Of a DNA stretch of 64,000 nucleotides, positions 29,171 to 39,600 are shown piece by piece. Made by a program: the position numbers and the translations under genes. Location of the stretch: the NCBI GenBank assembly GCA_021648145.1, contig JAKITI010000007.1, forward strand, positions 1,018 to 65,017. The letters are read 5' to 3'. The DNA comes from Gammaproteobacteria bacterium. Lineage in GTDB: Bacteria > Pseudomonadota > Gammaproteobacteria > JAADGQ01. Position 1 is the stretch's first letter; every line of letters starts with the position of its first letter. The notes beneath the pieces were generated by a model that worked only from the letters and a program-made list of their open reading frames with translations, had not been told where the DNA came from and searched no databases.

Positions 29171-29204
29171 TGTAACTATTCAGATTACAATCTGAATAGT
29201 TACA
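29171..29204. repeat. perfect 16-bp inverted repeat
   Basis: tgtaactattcagatt-ac-aatctgaatagttaca. Confidence 0.9.
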
Positions 29205-29276
29205 ACAATAAAATATAATATTAGTTACAGTTTAGATTTTTAGAGCAAAACGAAGCTTTATATCAAATATCTGTGC

Positions 29277-29954
29277 TTAAATCAAACCACGTTCAACAAA
29301 TGATACCGCTTTGTTGTCACCGATGACAAGATGGTCTAGTAATCGAACATCAATGAGTGCCAGCGCCTCTTTAAGGCGTTGGGTGATCACTTTGTCGGCA
29401 TGGCTTGGTTCGGCAACACCCGACGGGTGATTGTGCGCGATAATCACAGCGGCTGCATTATGTGTTAATACACGTTTGACGACTTCACGAGGGTGAACAC
29501 TGGCGCTATTAATTGTGCCTTGAAATAACTCTTCAAAACAGATCACACGATGACGGTTGTCTAGAAACAGACAACCAAATACTTCATAGCTGTAGTCTCT
29601 GAGTCGTGCAATCAGGTAGTTATGAGTATCTTTTGGGTTACTTAATGTGTCGCCTCGCTGCATCGACTCTTTTAAATAGCGGCGACCCATTTCCAGTACG
29701 GCCTGCAATTGTGTGTATTTAGTGGGGCCAAGTCCAGGTGCCTGGCAAAATCGTGTGATGTCTGCATTAAACAAAGCGCGTAATGAGCCAAATTCATTGA
29801 GCAGGTCGCGAGATAAATCGACGGCTGTTTTTCCACGGATTCCTGTGCGGAGAAAAATGGCAAGAAGTTCTGCATCTGAAAGTGCATTGGAGCCACGTTT
29901 TAAAAGTTTTTCACGCGGTCGCTCTTCAATGGGCCAATCTGTAATGGGTGGCAT
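29277..29954 (-). CDS. radC: RadC (JAB-domain) protein
   Basis: [31 protein letters not shown]; usual position upstream of rpmBG. Confidence 0.96.
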   Translation of the reverse strand: MPPITDWPIEERPREKLLKRGSNALSDAELLAIFLRTGIRGKTAVDLSRDLLNEFGSLRALFNADITRFCQAPGLGPTKYTQLQAVLEMGRRYLKESMQRGDTLSNPKDTHNYLIARLRDYSYEVFGCLFLDNRHRVICFEELFQGTINSASVHPREVVKRVLTHNAAAVIIAHNHPSGVAEPSHADKVITQRLKEALALIDVRLLDHLVIGDNKAVSFVERGLI

Positions 29955-29966
29955 ATGACCTCCTTG

Positions 29967-30350
29967 TCATGATGCTTTCATTGCTGTTTTTAGGTAACGT
30001 TGAAGTGCGAAAGAAAACAGCTTGTTATCCTGAGGGTGTGTTGAGTCAAACTCAATTCCCAAGCGGTATTGGTTTTTTTGACCATCAACAGGAGTGCACC
30101 AACGAGCCGCTCCATGAACGCTTAAGTGAAGTTCAAAAGCTTTAAGCTCAATGGTGACAGGAGTTTCTATTGTGATGGGTTGATTGCATTGTGTGCCTAG
30201 CCCATAGCATTGTACACCTAACCCATAGTTAGATAGATCAAATGCCCCACTGATTGATTGGCTCGTATGTTTGAATTTTAGGTAAATAACATTGCTCGTT
30301 TTTTTTATTTGAAAATTACTCCGGTAATAATTCCGTTTTTCCTTGGACAT
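29967..30350 (-). CDS. PilZ-domain protein
   Basis: RxxxR (RNYYR), DxSxxG (DLSNYG), ARWC, YRLGIEF. Confidence 0.8.
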   Translation of the reverse strand: MSKEKRNYYRSNFQIKKTSNVIYLKFKHTSQSISGAFDLSNYGLGVQCYGLGTQCNQPITIETPVTIELKAFELHLSVHGAARWCTPVDGQKNQYRLGIEFDSTHPQDNKLFSFALQRYLKTAMKAS

Positions 30351-30384
30351 AATGCCTGATCTCTCCTTGAAATCATGGGGCTGT

Positions 30385-30975
30385 TCAGTTTGTCTGGTTA
30401 CAGCTTACGGGGTCACCATTTACCATTGTGGGTGATGAGCGTGCTCTCCCTGTTCGAGCAATGATAATCGCACGATTATATCGGGACTTTCCTGAACATA
30501 ATGTGAATGTACCATTGTTGCTAGTGATTCCTGTTGAATAGAAACTTAAAAAATAGTCTGTTCGGAAGCCATGATATTGCAGGTTGTTACCTCCTTTAAA
30601 TGAATTTTGAGTTCGAATAATGAGTTCGTTCGTATCTCTTTTATTATTGTGATTGCTATCACTAAAAATAATCCAGCCTGATTGCCATTGTTGGGTGCGA
30701 CTGCAGTGTGTGCCGTTATTGCTTTCACATAAAATAACTTTGTTGTCGCGTTTAATGGCTTCGGAGCGAGCCAGGTTAATATCAGCAATCAGAGAGTTGA
30801 TTTGGCTGGTTAGATAGTTTTTTGTGAAAAAAGATTGCAGGGGCGGGAGTGCCGTTGCTGTGGTGATTGCGACAATAGCAAGCACAGTCAGGAGCTCTAT
30901 TATAGTGAACCCATAATCACAGGCCGTTGGATCGTGAAAGCTCCGACGGCAAAAATTTTGGGTTTTGACATCCAT
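30385..30975 (-). CDS. fimT: FimT/GspH-family minor pilin
   Basis: Prepilin site G|FTIIELL, LARSEAIKR, WQSGWIIF, NGTFTLC, C-terminal GRAR. Start taken at ATG 30975. Confidence 0.85.
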   Translation of the reverse strand: MDVKTQNFCRRSFHDPTACDYGFTIIELLTVLAIVAITTATALPPLQSFFTKNYLTSQINSLIADINLARSEAIKRDNKVILCESNNGTHCSRTQQWQSGWIIFSDSNHNNKRDTNELIIRTQNSFKGGNNLQYHGFRTDYFLSFYSTGITSNNGTFTLCSGKSRYNRAIIIARTGRARSSPTMVNGDPVSCNQTN

Positions 30976-31011
30976 GTCTTGCCCTTTGTTAGCCAATTAA
31001 TATCCGTAATA

Positions 31012-31027
31012 TGTGACACTTATCACA
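31012..31027. promoter_or_regulatory. CRP/Vfr-type binding site
   Basis: Perfect TGTGA-cactta-TCACA upstream of fimT. Confidence 0.7.
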
Positions 31028-31068
31028 AAAAATCAAATTTAATTGATTTTTTGAACATTGGTTTTTTA

Positions 31069-32247
31069 TTATTTAAGTAATTTTTTTATTCTGAATAGTG
31101 CTTTCTCTAAATTTTCCATGCTGGTTGCAAAAGAGAGTCGCAGATACCCTGGTGCTCCAAATGCTGACCCTGGCACTAAGGCGACCCCTGATTTTTCTAG
31201 AATATATTCGGCTAATTCAACATCATTATTGATATCTTTAGTTGCGTTTATTGTTGCTTGAACATTGGGGAATGCGTAAAAAGTTCCTTGAGACTTCAGG
31301 CATTCAAAGCCATTAATTTGGTTGAGCTCATTGACAACAAAATCATGACGATTTTTAAATTCAGCTAACATCATTTGTATACAGTTTTGCTCGCCTTCCA
31401 AGGCGGCTTGTGCAGCAATTTGAGAGATAGACGCTGGGTTGGAGGTGCTTTGTGACTGGACTTTTTTCATTGCTTGAATGAGGTTGACTGGGCCCGCGGC
31501 ATAACCGATACGCCAGCCAGTCATTGCATAGGCTTTAGAAACTCCATTGAGCACAATGCTGCGGTCATATAGCTCAGGACAAGCCATCACAATATTGCTG
31601 AAGGGTTCACTATTCCAATAGATATGTTCATACATATCATCAGTTGCAATGATGATATGAGGGTGGCGTTTCAGTACTTCAGCTAATGCAATCAGTTCTG
31701 CGCGGCTATAGACGGATCCCGTTGGGTTTGAAGGGCTGTTGATGACGAATAGCCGAGTGCGTTCAGAAATTGTATTTTCCAATTGCTCGGGTGTGATCTT
31801 GTAACTTTGTTCAATGCCGGCTTCAATAATGACAGGTTGGCCATCGGCCAATAGCACCATGTCAGGATATGAAACCCAATAAGGTGCAGGAATAATAACT
31901 TCATCACCTGGATCAAGCAGTGCTTGCACCAAATTATAAAAACTCTGTTTTCCGCCGCATGAAACCAAAATTTGATTGAGTTCGTAATTCAGACTATTGT
32001 CGCGCTTGAATTTATTTATGATGGCCTGCTTGAGTTCAGTGATACCATCAACGGCTGTATATTTGGTGAAGCCTTGATGGATTGCTGTGATAGCTGCTTC
32101 TTTGATGTGATCTGGCGTATCAAAGTCAGGTTCGCCCACGCCCAAAGCAATGATGTCTTTGCCCATGGCCTTTAGAGCTGCTGCATGCGCGGTCACAGCG
32201 AGAGTAGGGGATGGCTTTATTCTTTTGACACGTTCTGACAAGTGCAT
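31069..32247 (-). CDS. aspartate aminotransferase (class I PLP)
   Basis: GEPDFDTP, YWVSY, NSPSNPTG, SKAYAMTGWRIGY, PGSAFG. Confidence 0.95.
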   Translation of the reverse strand: MHLSERVKRIKPSPTLAVTAHAAALKAMGKDIIALGVGEPDFDTPDHIKEAAITAIHQGFTKYTAVDGITELKQAIINKFKRDNSLNYELNQILVSCGGKQSFYNLVQALLDPGDEVIIPAPYWVSYPDMVLLADGQPVIIEAGIEQSYKITPEQLENTISERTRLFVINSPSNPTGSVYSRAELIALAEVLKRHPHIIIATDDMYEHIYWNSEPFSNIVMACPELYDRSIVLNGVSKAYAMTGWRIGYAAGPVNLIQAMKKVQSQSTSNPASISQIAAQAALEGEQNCIQMMLAEFKNRHDFVVNELNQINGFECLKSQGTFYAFPNVQATINATKDINNDVELAEYILEKSGVALVPGSAFGAPGYLRLSFATSMENLEKALFRIKKLLK

Positions 32248-32322
32248 GATTTTTCCGATCAAATTGCTGAGCTATGTAGGTCGCTAAATCATATAACAAT
32301 AAGCCGATAATCAAAATCCTTT

Positions 32323-34338
32323 ATGAATAAAAAATTTGAATTAGTTTCAGCATTTCAACCCTCAGGTGATCAGCCAACTGCAATTGATACGTTGGTGAAT
32401 GGTCTCAATGATGGTTTGATGTATCAAACGCTGCTTGGAGTCACAGGCTCAGGTAAAACGTATACGATTGCCAATGTAATTCAAAAGGTGCAGCGGCCTA
32501 CAGTGATTATGGCGCCCAATAAAGTTTTGGCGGCACAGCTTTATGGTGAAATGAAAGCATTTTTTCCAAATAATTCGGTTGAATACTTTGTCTCTTATTA
32601 TGACTATTACCAGCCAGAAGCGTATGTGCCGGCATCTGATACCTTTATTGAGAAAGATGCTTCGATTAATGACCATATTGAACAGATGCGGCTCTCTGCG
32701 ACAAAAGCACTTCTAGAACGACGCGATACTATTTTAGTAGCTTCAGTATCCGCTATTTACGGCTTGGGTGATCCAAAATCTTATATGAAGATGATCATGC
32801 ATCTGGATCGTGGCGATATTATTGATCAACGTGAAATTCTACGCCGGCTTGCTGATCTGCAATACAGCCGCAACGATGTTGATTTGCGGCGAGGAACCTA
32901 CCGTGTTCGAGGGGAGGTGATTGATATCCATCCGGCAGATTCTGAACATGATGCTGTTCGCATTGAGCTGTTTGATGACGAAATTGAGTCGCTGGCCTGG
33001 TTTGATCCTTTGACCGGTGAGGTGTTGCGCCGAGTGCCGCGTTTAACAATTTACCCTAAATCTCATTATGTGACACCACGTGAAACCGTGCTCTCAGTGA
33101 TTGATCTGATTAAAGTTGAATTAAAAGAACGTTTACTGCAGTTAAATGATGCTGGGAAGCTAGTGGAGGCACAGCGTCTGGAGCAGCGGGTAAAATACGA
33201 TATTGAAATGATGGTCGAGCTGGGGCATTGCTCGGGTATTGAAAACTATTCACGTTACCTTTCAGGACGGGAATCCGGTGAAGCGCCCCCGACACTATTT
33301 GATTATTTGCCAGATGATGCGCTGCTGGTCATTGATGAAAGTCATGTGACGATTCCTCAGATTGGTGCGATGTATAAAGGTGATCGCGCACGTAAAACCA
33401 ATTTGGTGGAGTATGGTTTCCGCCTACCTTCCGCGCTGGATAATCGCCCCATGCGTTTTGACGAATTTGAAAAATTATCGCCACAGTCAATATTTGTTTC
33501 AGCAACGCCGGGGAAATATGAAGCAGAGAATGAAGCGGCTGTTGCAGAGCAAGTGGTGCGTCCAACAGGTTTGGTTGACCCTGAAATTGAAGTGCGACCA
33601 GTGGGCACGCAAGTGGATGATTTGTTATCTGAAATTAATAAGCGTGCCCCGATAGGCGAGCGCGTATTGGTCACAACTCTGACGAAACGCATGGCAGAAG
33701 ATCTGACGGACTATCTGAATGAACATGGTGCCAGAGTACGTTATCTCCATTCCGATATTGATACGGTGGAGCGTGTCGAAATTATTCGTGACTTACGCCT
33801 GGGTAAATTTGATGTGCTGGTGGGTATTAACCTGTTACGTGAAGGTCTGGATATCCCCGAGGTGTCACTGGTTGCGATTCTTGATGCAGATAAAGAAGGG
33901 TTCTTGCGTTCAGAGCGCTCGTTGATTCAAACCATAGGTCGTGCTGCACGTAACCTTAATGGCAAAGCAATTTTGTATGGGGATAAAATAACGGGATCAA
34001 TGCGTTACGCTATTGATGAAACAACGCGTCGTAGAGCGAAGCAGCAGTTACATAATAAACAGCATGGTATTACTCCCCAGAGTGTGAAAAAAGTGGTGTC
34101 TGATATTATGGAAGGGGCTTATGCCAGCAGTTCAGGGTCATCTGCAAAGCGCTATGCTTCTGTTGCAGAAGAGATCATTGAGTATGGAAGTCTGTCACCT
34201 GCAGCGCTGCAGAAGAAAATTAAAGCGTTGGAAAAAAAGATGCATCAACATGCGCGTGACCTTGAGTTTGAGGAGGCTGCATGTGTGCGTGACGAAATTC
34301 ATAAGGTTAAAAAAGCAAATATGGGGTTGGTTCATTAA
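32323..34338 (+). CDS. uvrB: excinuclease ABC subunit B
   Basis: [32 protein letters not shown]-terminal UVR domain. Confidence 0.99.
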   Translation: MNKKFELVSAFQPSGDQPTAIDTLVNGLNDGLMYQTLLGVTGSGKTYTIANVIQKVQRPTVIMAPNKVLAAQLYGEMKAFFPNNSVEYFVSYYDYYQPEAYVPASDTFIEKDASINDHIEQMRLSATKALLERRDTILVASVSAIYGLGDPKSYMKMIMHLDRGDIIDQREILRRLADLQYSRNDVDLRRGTYRVRGEVIDIHPADSEHDAVRIELFDDEIESLAWFDPLTGEVLRRVPRLTIYPKSHYVTPRETVLSVIDLIKVELKERLLQLNDAGKLVEAQRLEQRVKYDIEMMVELGHCSGIENYSRYLSGRESGEAPPTLFDYLPDDALLVIDESHVTIPQIGAMYKGDRARKTNLVEYGFRLPSALDNRPMRFDEFEKLSPQSIFVSATPGKYEAENEAAVAEQVVRPTGLVDPEIEVRPVGTQVDDLLSEINKRAPIGERVLVTTLTKRMAEDLTDYLNEHGARVRYLHSDIDTVERVEIIRDLRLGKFDVLVGINLLREGLDIPEVSLVAILDADKEGFLRSERSLIQTIGRAARNLNGKAILYGDKITGSMRYAIDETTRRRAKQQLHNKQHGITPQSVKKVVSDIMEGAYASSSGSSAKRYASVAEEIIEYGSLSPAALQKKIKALEKKMHQHARDLEFEEAACVRDEIHKVKKANMGLVH

Positions 34339-34418
34339 AATAAATTTTTTGACTTTTAGGTGTTGGAACGCATAATACGTGGTAGATGAAATTTTTAAAG
34401 AGATTAAAAGGTGACTGT

Positions 34419-34685
34419 ATGAAGTGCGTTGTTTATAAAGGCCGAAAAAAATATGACACCTACCTGTTTGTTGAGCAGGAGGATGACTTTTCACGCATTC
34501 CTGAGTCATTATTAACGATGTTGGGTGAGCTGGAATTAGTGATGTCTGTAGAGCTGACAGAAGATAGAAAGCTGGCCTGTGCCGATGTTGCTGATGTTAG
34601 CAAGCAGTTGCGGGAAGAGGGGTTTTATCTACAGCTTCCACCGAAAACCTATTTACCCAATATGATTCCTTCTATGGCGCATTAA
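34419..34685 (+). CDS. YcgL-domain protein
   Basis: MKCVVYKG..YLFV..DFSRIPE..RKLACAD..GFYLQLPP. Confidence 0.9.
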   Translation: MKCVVYKGRKKYDTYLFVEQEDDFSRIPESLLTMLGELELVMSVELTEDRKLACADVADVSKQLREEGFYLQLPPKTYLPNMIPSMAH

Positions 34686-34691
34686 TAGGCT

Positions 34692-35477
34692 ATGGAAGAA
34701 AAAAACCAACATCAACCTGACTTAGACTCATCAAGCGAGGTCAGAGTTCTGCCGTTTGTCGCACATTTGGTGGAGTTGCGGAATCGGCTGATAAAAATAC
34801 TTTTGGCGGTATTACTCATTTTTATAGCACTTTTTCCATTTGCTAATGATCTTTACACGCTGCTTGCTGAGCCGATCATGCGCTATTTGCCAGAAGGTAG
34901 TACCATGATTGCAACGGGAGTGACTGCACCCTTCTTGACCCCCTTTAAATTTGCATTGGTTTTGGCTGTTTATTTGGCAATACCGGCTATTTTATATCAG
35001 GTGTGGGCGTTTGTAGCGCCTGGTTTGTATTCAAAAGAGCAGCGATTGATTTTACCTTTGGTTATTTCCAGTACGTTACTGTTTTATGCTGGAATGGTAT
35101 TTGCCTATTATGTTGTTTTTCCAGTTTTATTCGGGTTTTTCATGGGAACAGCCCCCGAGGGTGTTGCTGTCATGCCCGATATTGCAAACTATCTGGATAC
35201 GGTGTTAAAGCTATTTTTTGCTTTTGGCTTGGCATTTGAAGTGCCGGTTGCTGTGGTGCTATTAGTTCGCATGGGAGTGACGAGCGTTGAAAAATTGAGC
35301 ACTAAACGCCCTTATATTATTTTGGGAGCATTTGTTGTTGCGATGTTACTGACACCGCCTGATGTTATTTCTCAAACATTGTTAGCGATTCCAGTTTGGC
35401 TGTTGTTTGAGCTTGGACTGCTTGTTTCTCGATGGGTCACGCCGGTTAAATCTATAGAAAAATCGACACAGGATTGA
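34692..35477 (+). CDS. tatC: twin-arginine translocase subunit C
   Basis: HLVELRNRL, FVAPGLY..E, FGLAFEVP, LTPPDVISQ. Confidence 0.97.
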   Translation: MEEKNQHQPDLDSSSEVRVLPFVAHLVELRNRLIKILLAVLLIFIALFPFANDLYTLLAEPIMRYLPEGSTMIATGVTAPFLTPFKFALVLAVYLAIPAILYQVWAFVAPGLYSKEQRLILPLVISSTLLFYAGMVFAYYVVFPVLFGFFMGTAPEGVAVMPDIANYLDTVLKLFFAFGLAFEVPVAVVLLVRMGVTSVEKLSTKRPYIILGAFVVAMLLTPPDVISQTLLAIPVWLLFELGLLVSRWVTPVKSIEKSTQD

Positions 35478-35478
35478 A

Positions 35479-36411
35479 ATGGAAGAATATAAAACAGTGA
35501 GTAATTCTCTAAAGGTATCTTTTATCACAAAAGTGACTGACGCTCTATTTTCATTACCTCAATATTTATTGCCGCATCATGCTTTGTCGCGTTTAGTCTA
35601 TCGGGCAACCCAGATAAAAGTGGTGTGGTGGAAAAATGGCTTTATAAAGAATTTTATCAAACTCTATAAAATTGATATGCAGATTGCCAAAGAGAGTGAT
35701 CCCACGGCATACGAGAATTTTAATCAGTTTTTTACTCGCCCCCTTAAACCAGAAGCGCGCCCGATAGCAGAAATAGAAGGGGGGGTGATTTCTCCAGTTG
35801 ATGCCGTTGTCAGTCAGTTCGGCGCGCTGGTGGGTGATGGAGGAAATTATCTGATTCAAGCCAAGGGGCATGACTATTCGGTGGACTCTTTACTCGGAGG
35901 CGGCTCCAAATGGGTGTCAAAATTCCAAGGCGGGGAGTTTGCAACGCTCTATTTATCACCGAGTGATTATCACCGCATTCATATGCCTCTGGAGGGTCGT
36001 CTATTAGAAACCATCTATGTGCCGGGTCGCTTATTTAGCGTGAACCAGGCAACGGCACGTTCTATACCATCACTTTTTGCTCGAAATGAGCGTCTGGTGA
36101 CAATTTTTGAAACAGAAGTGGGGCCGATGGCACTGGTTATGGTCGGAGCACTCTTTGTATCAGGTATTGAAACTGTTTGGGATGGTGGTATCTCACGCCC
36201 CCCCGCAAAGAGTGTTCAACGTAAGGCTTACGGTGAGGGTGAGTCGGTTGTCTCTTTGAAAAAAGGCGAAGAGTTGGGGCGTTTTAATATGGGGTCTACA
36301 GTCATTTTGTTGTTTGGCGCTGATCAAATTAAATGGGCGGACTCGATTGAACTTGAAGAAAAAGTTCATATGGGGCAGTCGTTGGCTCAAAGAAAACAAA
36401 ATGTGTTATAA
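35479..36411 (+). CDS. psd: phosphatidylserine decarboxylase
   Basis: FNQFFTR, SPVD, YLSPSDYHRIHMP, FARNER, FNMGSTV. Confidence 0.97.
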   Translation: MEEYKTVSNSLKVSFITKVTDALFSLPQYLLPHHALSRLVYRATQIKVVWWKNGFIKNFIKLYKIDMQIAKESDPTAYENFNQFFTRPLKPEARPIAEIEGGVISPVDAVVSQFGALVGDGGNYLIQAKGHDYSVDSLLGGGSKWVSKFQGGEFATLYLSPSDYHRIHMPLEGRLLETIYVPGRLFSVNQATARSIPSLFARNERLVTIFETEVGPMALVMVGALFVSGIETVWDGGISRPPAKSVQRKAYGEGESVVSLKKGEELGRFNMGSTVILLFGADQIKWADSIELEEKVHMGQSLAQRKQNVL

Positions 36412-36694
36412 AACGTATTCTTGACTTTATTCATAGGTTTAGAGCAAAATCTTCAAATCACTCTTGTTTAGTCACAATAAGGCATTAGTAATTTTGATCT
36501 GAATATTTCCAGGGAAGGAGTGATATATATAGGAAATTAAAGCATGATGCAGTCAGTCAATGACTCTTTCATGCTGATGTTTTTGGAAAAAATTAAGTGT
36601 TTAGTAAGTGATTTAACGTATAGGCATTGAGTTTTAACGATGTATTCTTTGCTTAATAACTGTTCGAATAAATATATTAAGAGACTTGCGTATT

Positions 36695-39600
36695 ATGTAC
36701 TATTTTAACAAGAACAAGAATAAAAAAGCTGAATTTAAACCAATAAAATATATCAGCAAATTATCTCTTTCACTTGTCATAGCAACATCACCTGTCATAA
36801 GTCATGCCGTTTTTGAAGCGAATCCTGCTGGGGAAATTTCTCTGGCGGGCGCTAAAAATGGAGGGGTGGCCTGGAGTGATTATAATAATGACTCTTGCCT
36901 TGATATCTTGGTGAATGCTGGCAATGTTCAGCTTTTGCAGCAAGACAAGGCTGATGGAATCTGTATGGGTACTTTTAGTATTGCTCGTACTTTTGGCTCT
37001 CCAACAGACGATCTTCGCTCTGTCGTCTGGGGCGATTTTAATAATGATGGGTATACTGATTTTGCTGTTAATAAATTTAATCAGCTGGTGATCTATAAAA
37101 ATGTTGATGGTACGGCGGCATCGTTTATTGACGTATTAAATGAAGATCCCGGTAACTCTGAGGGGTTGGGCTGGCTTGATTATGATGCGGATGGTGATTT
37201 AGATCTTTTAGTGCAAAATCAAGAGATGGGTACGTACCTTTATAAGAATAATGGTAATGATGTTTTTGTTTATTCCAGTATTCACTCAGCGAATAAACTT
37301 GGTGATTATTTGGCCGTCACTGATTTTGATGTGGATGGTGATGTTGATGCCTATATTCGTCGAGATGGGCGAGCCAATAATGATGCACAAATAGATCTAT
37401 ATGTTAACGACGGTACCGGCACCTTCTCACTCAATAATACAGTCAATGAAAACTCACCTAATAATAATAAGGGTGGGGCAGTTTTTTGTGATTTTGATAA
37501 TGATGGTGACTTTGATCTGGCTCGAACAGAGGGTGGTCAGCAGGGAATTTTTGAGCAGATCAATGGTGAATTTTCTTTAAAAACAGAAACAAGTTTTTCT
37601 GGTCGTTATGAAAGTATTGCTTGTGAAGATGTCAATAACGATGGTCTTGTTGACCTTTTTTTAGGCGGCGAAGTGAGTACGTTGTATCTTAATAATGGTG
37701 ACTTTTCTTTTACAATAGATAACCTGAATATCGCTGAAAATGGGGGTGTTGGCAAAGGAAGCGCCTTTGCTGATTACGATCGTGATGGTGATATGGACCT
37801 GTTGATTAATAAAAACAATGCACCAACAGAGCTTTGGAAAAACCTGAAAAATGATAAAAATTACCTTCAGGTTCAATTAACAACAAATAATCGTGATGCA
37901 TTAGGAGCCACGGTTCGCTTGTATAATGCGGATACAAATGAAGCGGTCTCTGGTGTGCGAGAAATTAATGGCGGTATGGGGTGGGGAAGTCAGGCTGCAC
38001 CTTTTGCTCATTTTGGCGGTATTGATCCAGAAAGTACTTATATTGTACGCGTGAAATTTGTTGGTGGAGAGACCGCTGATCATCCGGTTTTGCCTAGCAA
38101 ACTATGTGATTATCAGTTGCTATCAATTGATAGTGATGGCAGTGATAATTTGCGTGAGTGTACTTCTGATACCGATGGTGATGGTATCAAGGATGACGTT
38201 GATCTGGATGATGATAACGATGGCATTACCGATGCAATAGAAGGTGATGGTGGAGTGGACACCGATAAAGATGGTGTGCCTGACAGTCGTGATTTAGACA
38301 GTGACAATGATGGTTTGTATGACCTGACTGAATCAGGAGCCGATCTGGCGCTGGTACTGGATAACGACAATGATGGCCGTATCAATGGAGATGTGGGCGC
38401 TAATGGTTTGCCAGATTCTGTAGAAACTGCACCAGAGTCTGGTGTGGCTAATTACAATAATGGTCAGCCGGTAGATACCGATGGTGATGAAATTCCTGAT
38501 TTTCGTGATCTGGACTCAGATAATGATGGCATTCCTGATGTAACTGAAGCTGGCGCACAAAATCCTGATAATAATGCATTTATTGGCGAGGGCGCGCCAC
38601 CTGTTGTAAATGCGAATGGTTTAGCTGAAGGTGCCGGCGTGACACCTTTGAATACTGATCGTGATAATGAAGTTAAAGAGCAAGCAGCCAATGTTCCCGA
38701 TTACCGTGATTTAGACAGTGACAATGATGGTTTGTATGACCTGACTGAATCAGGAGCCGATCTGGCACTGGTTATGGATGATGACAGTAATGGCCGTATT
38801 GATGGCGATGTAGGTATGAATGGTTTGCCAGACTCAGTAGAGACTGCGCCAGATTCTGGTATGGTGAATTACAATAATGGCCAGCCTGTTGATACCGATG
38901 GAGATAAACTGCCAGATTATCGTGATCTTGATTCTGAAAATGATGGCATTCCTGATGTGAGAGAAGGGGGTGCCAATGATCAGGATCTTGATGCTAATGA
39001 TGGCCGCATTTATGGCTTTATAGATGGGAATAGTGATGGGCTTGATGACAGCATTGGAAACTCTCCATTACCTGTCCCTGATACCGATGGTGATGGAGTT
39101 TCAGATTATCTGGATTATGATTCAGATAATGATGGCCTGAAGGATCTGGTTGAAGGTGGTGGAATTGATGTAGATAACAACGGTCTCGTTGATGAAATGG
39201 TAGATATCAACACGGATGGCTATGATGACCAGCTTGCAATTACTCCGCTAACAATTCCTGATACAAATGGCGATACAATCCCTGATTTTCGTGATGCTAA
39301 AGAACGGGTAGTAGATCCACCACCTGTCGTTGCAAATTATTCAGAGCTGGAAACAGGTTTGAAAGGTGTTGGCGGAGTGGGTGCAATGAGCCCTGTATTT
39401 CCATTGTTATTGATTGTTTCACTATTTTGTTTAGTGATGCGGAGCAAATCAAAACTCAGTGGTATGAAAGCTTTAAGTGGCTCGGTGTTCGCTGTGGTTC
39501 TAGGTTCAGGCACTCTGTGGGCAACACCCGCAAGTGCTGAAGCGGCAGAACTTGATATGCCTGATCACCAGAGTTCTAGTCAGCGTGTATTTGAATGGCA

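Noticed and set aside
34339..34418. Possible tRNA near uvrB or the aminotransferase
   Set aside because: No cloverleaf or T-loop GTTCGA pattern in the flanking intergenic regions.
36541..36575. Imperfect inverted repeat upstream of the 1350-aa gene
   Set aside because: Weak, interrupted stem with no U tract or recognisable motif; no function can be supported.
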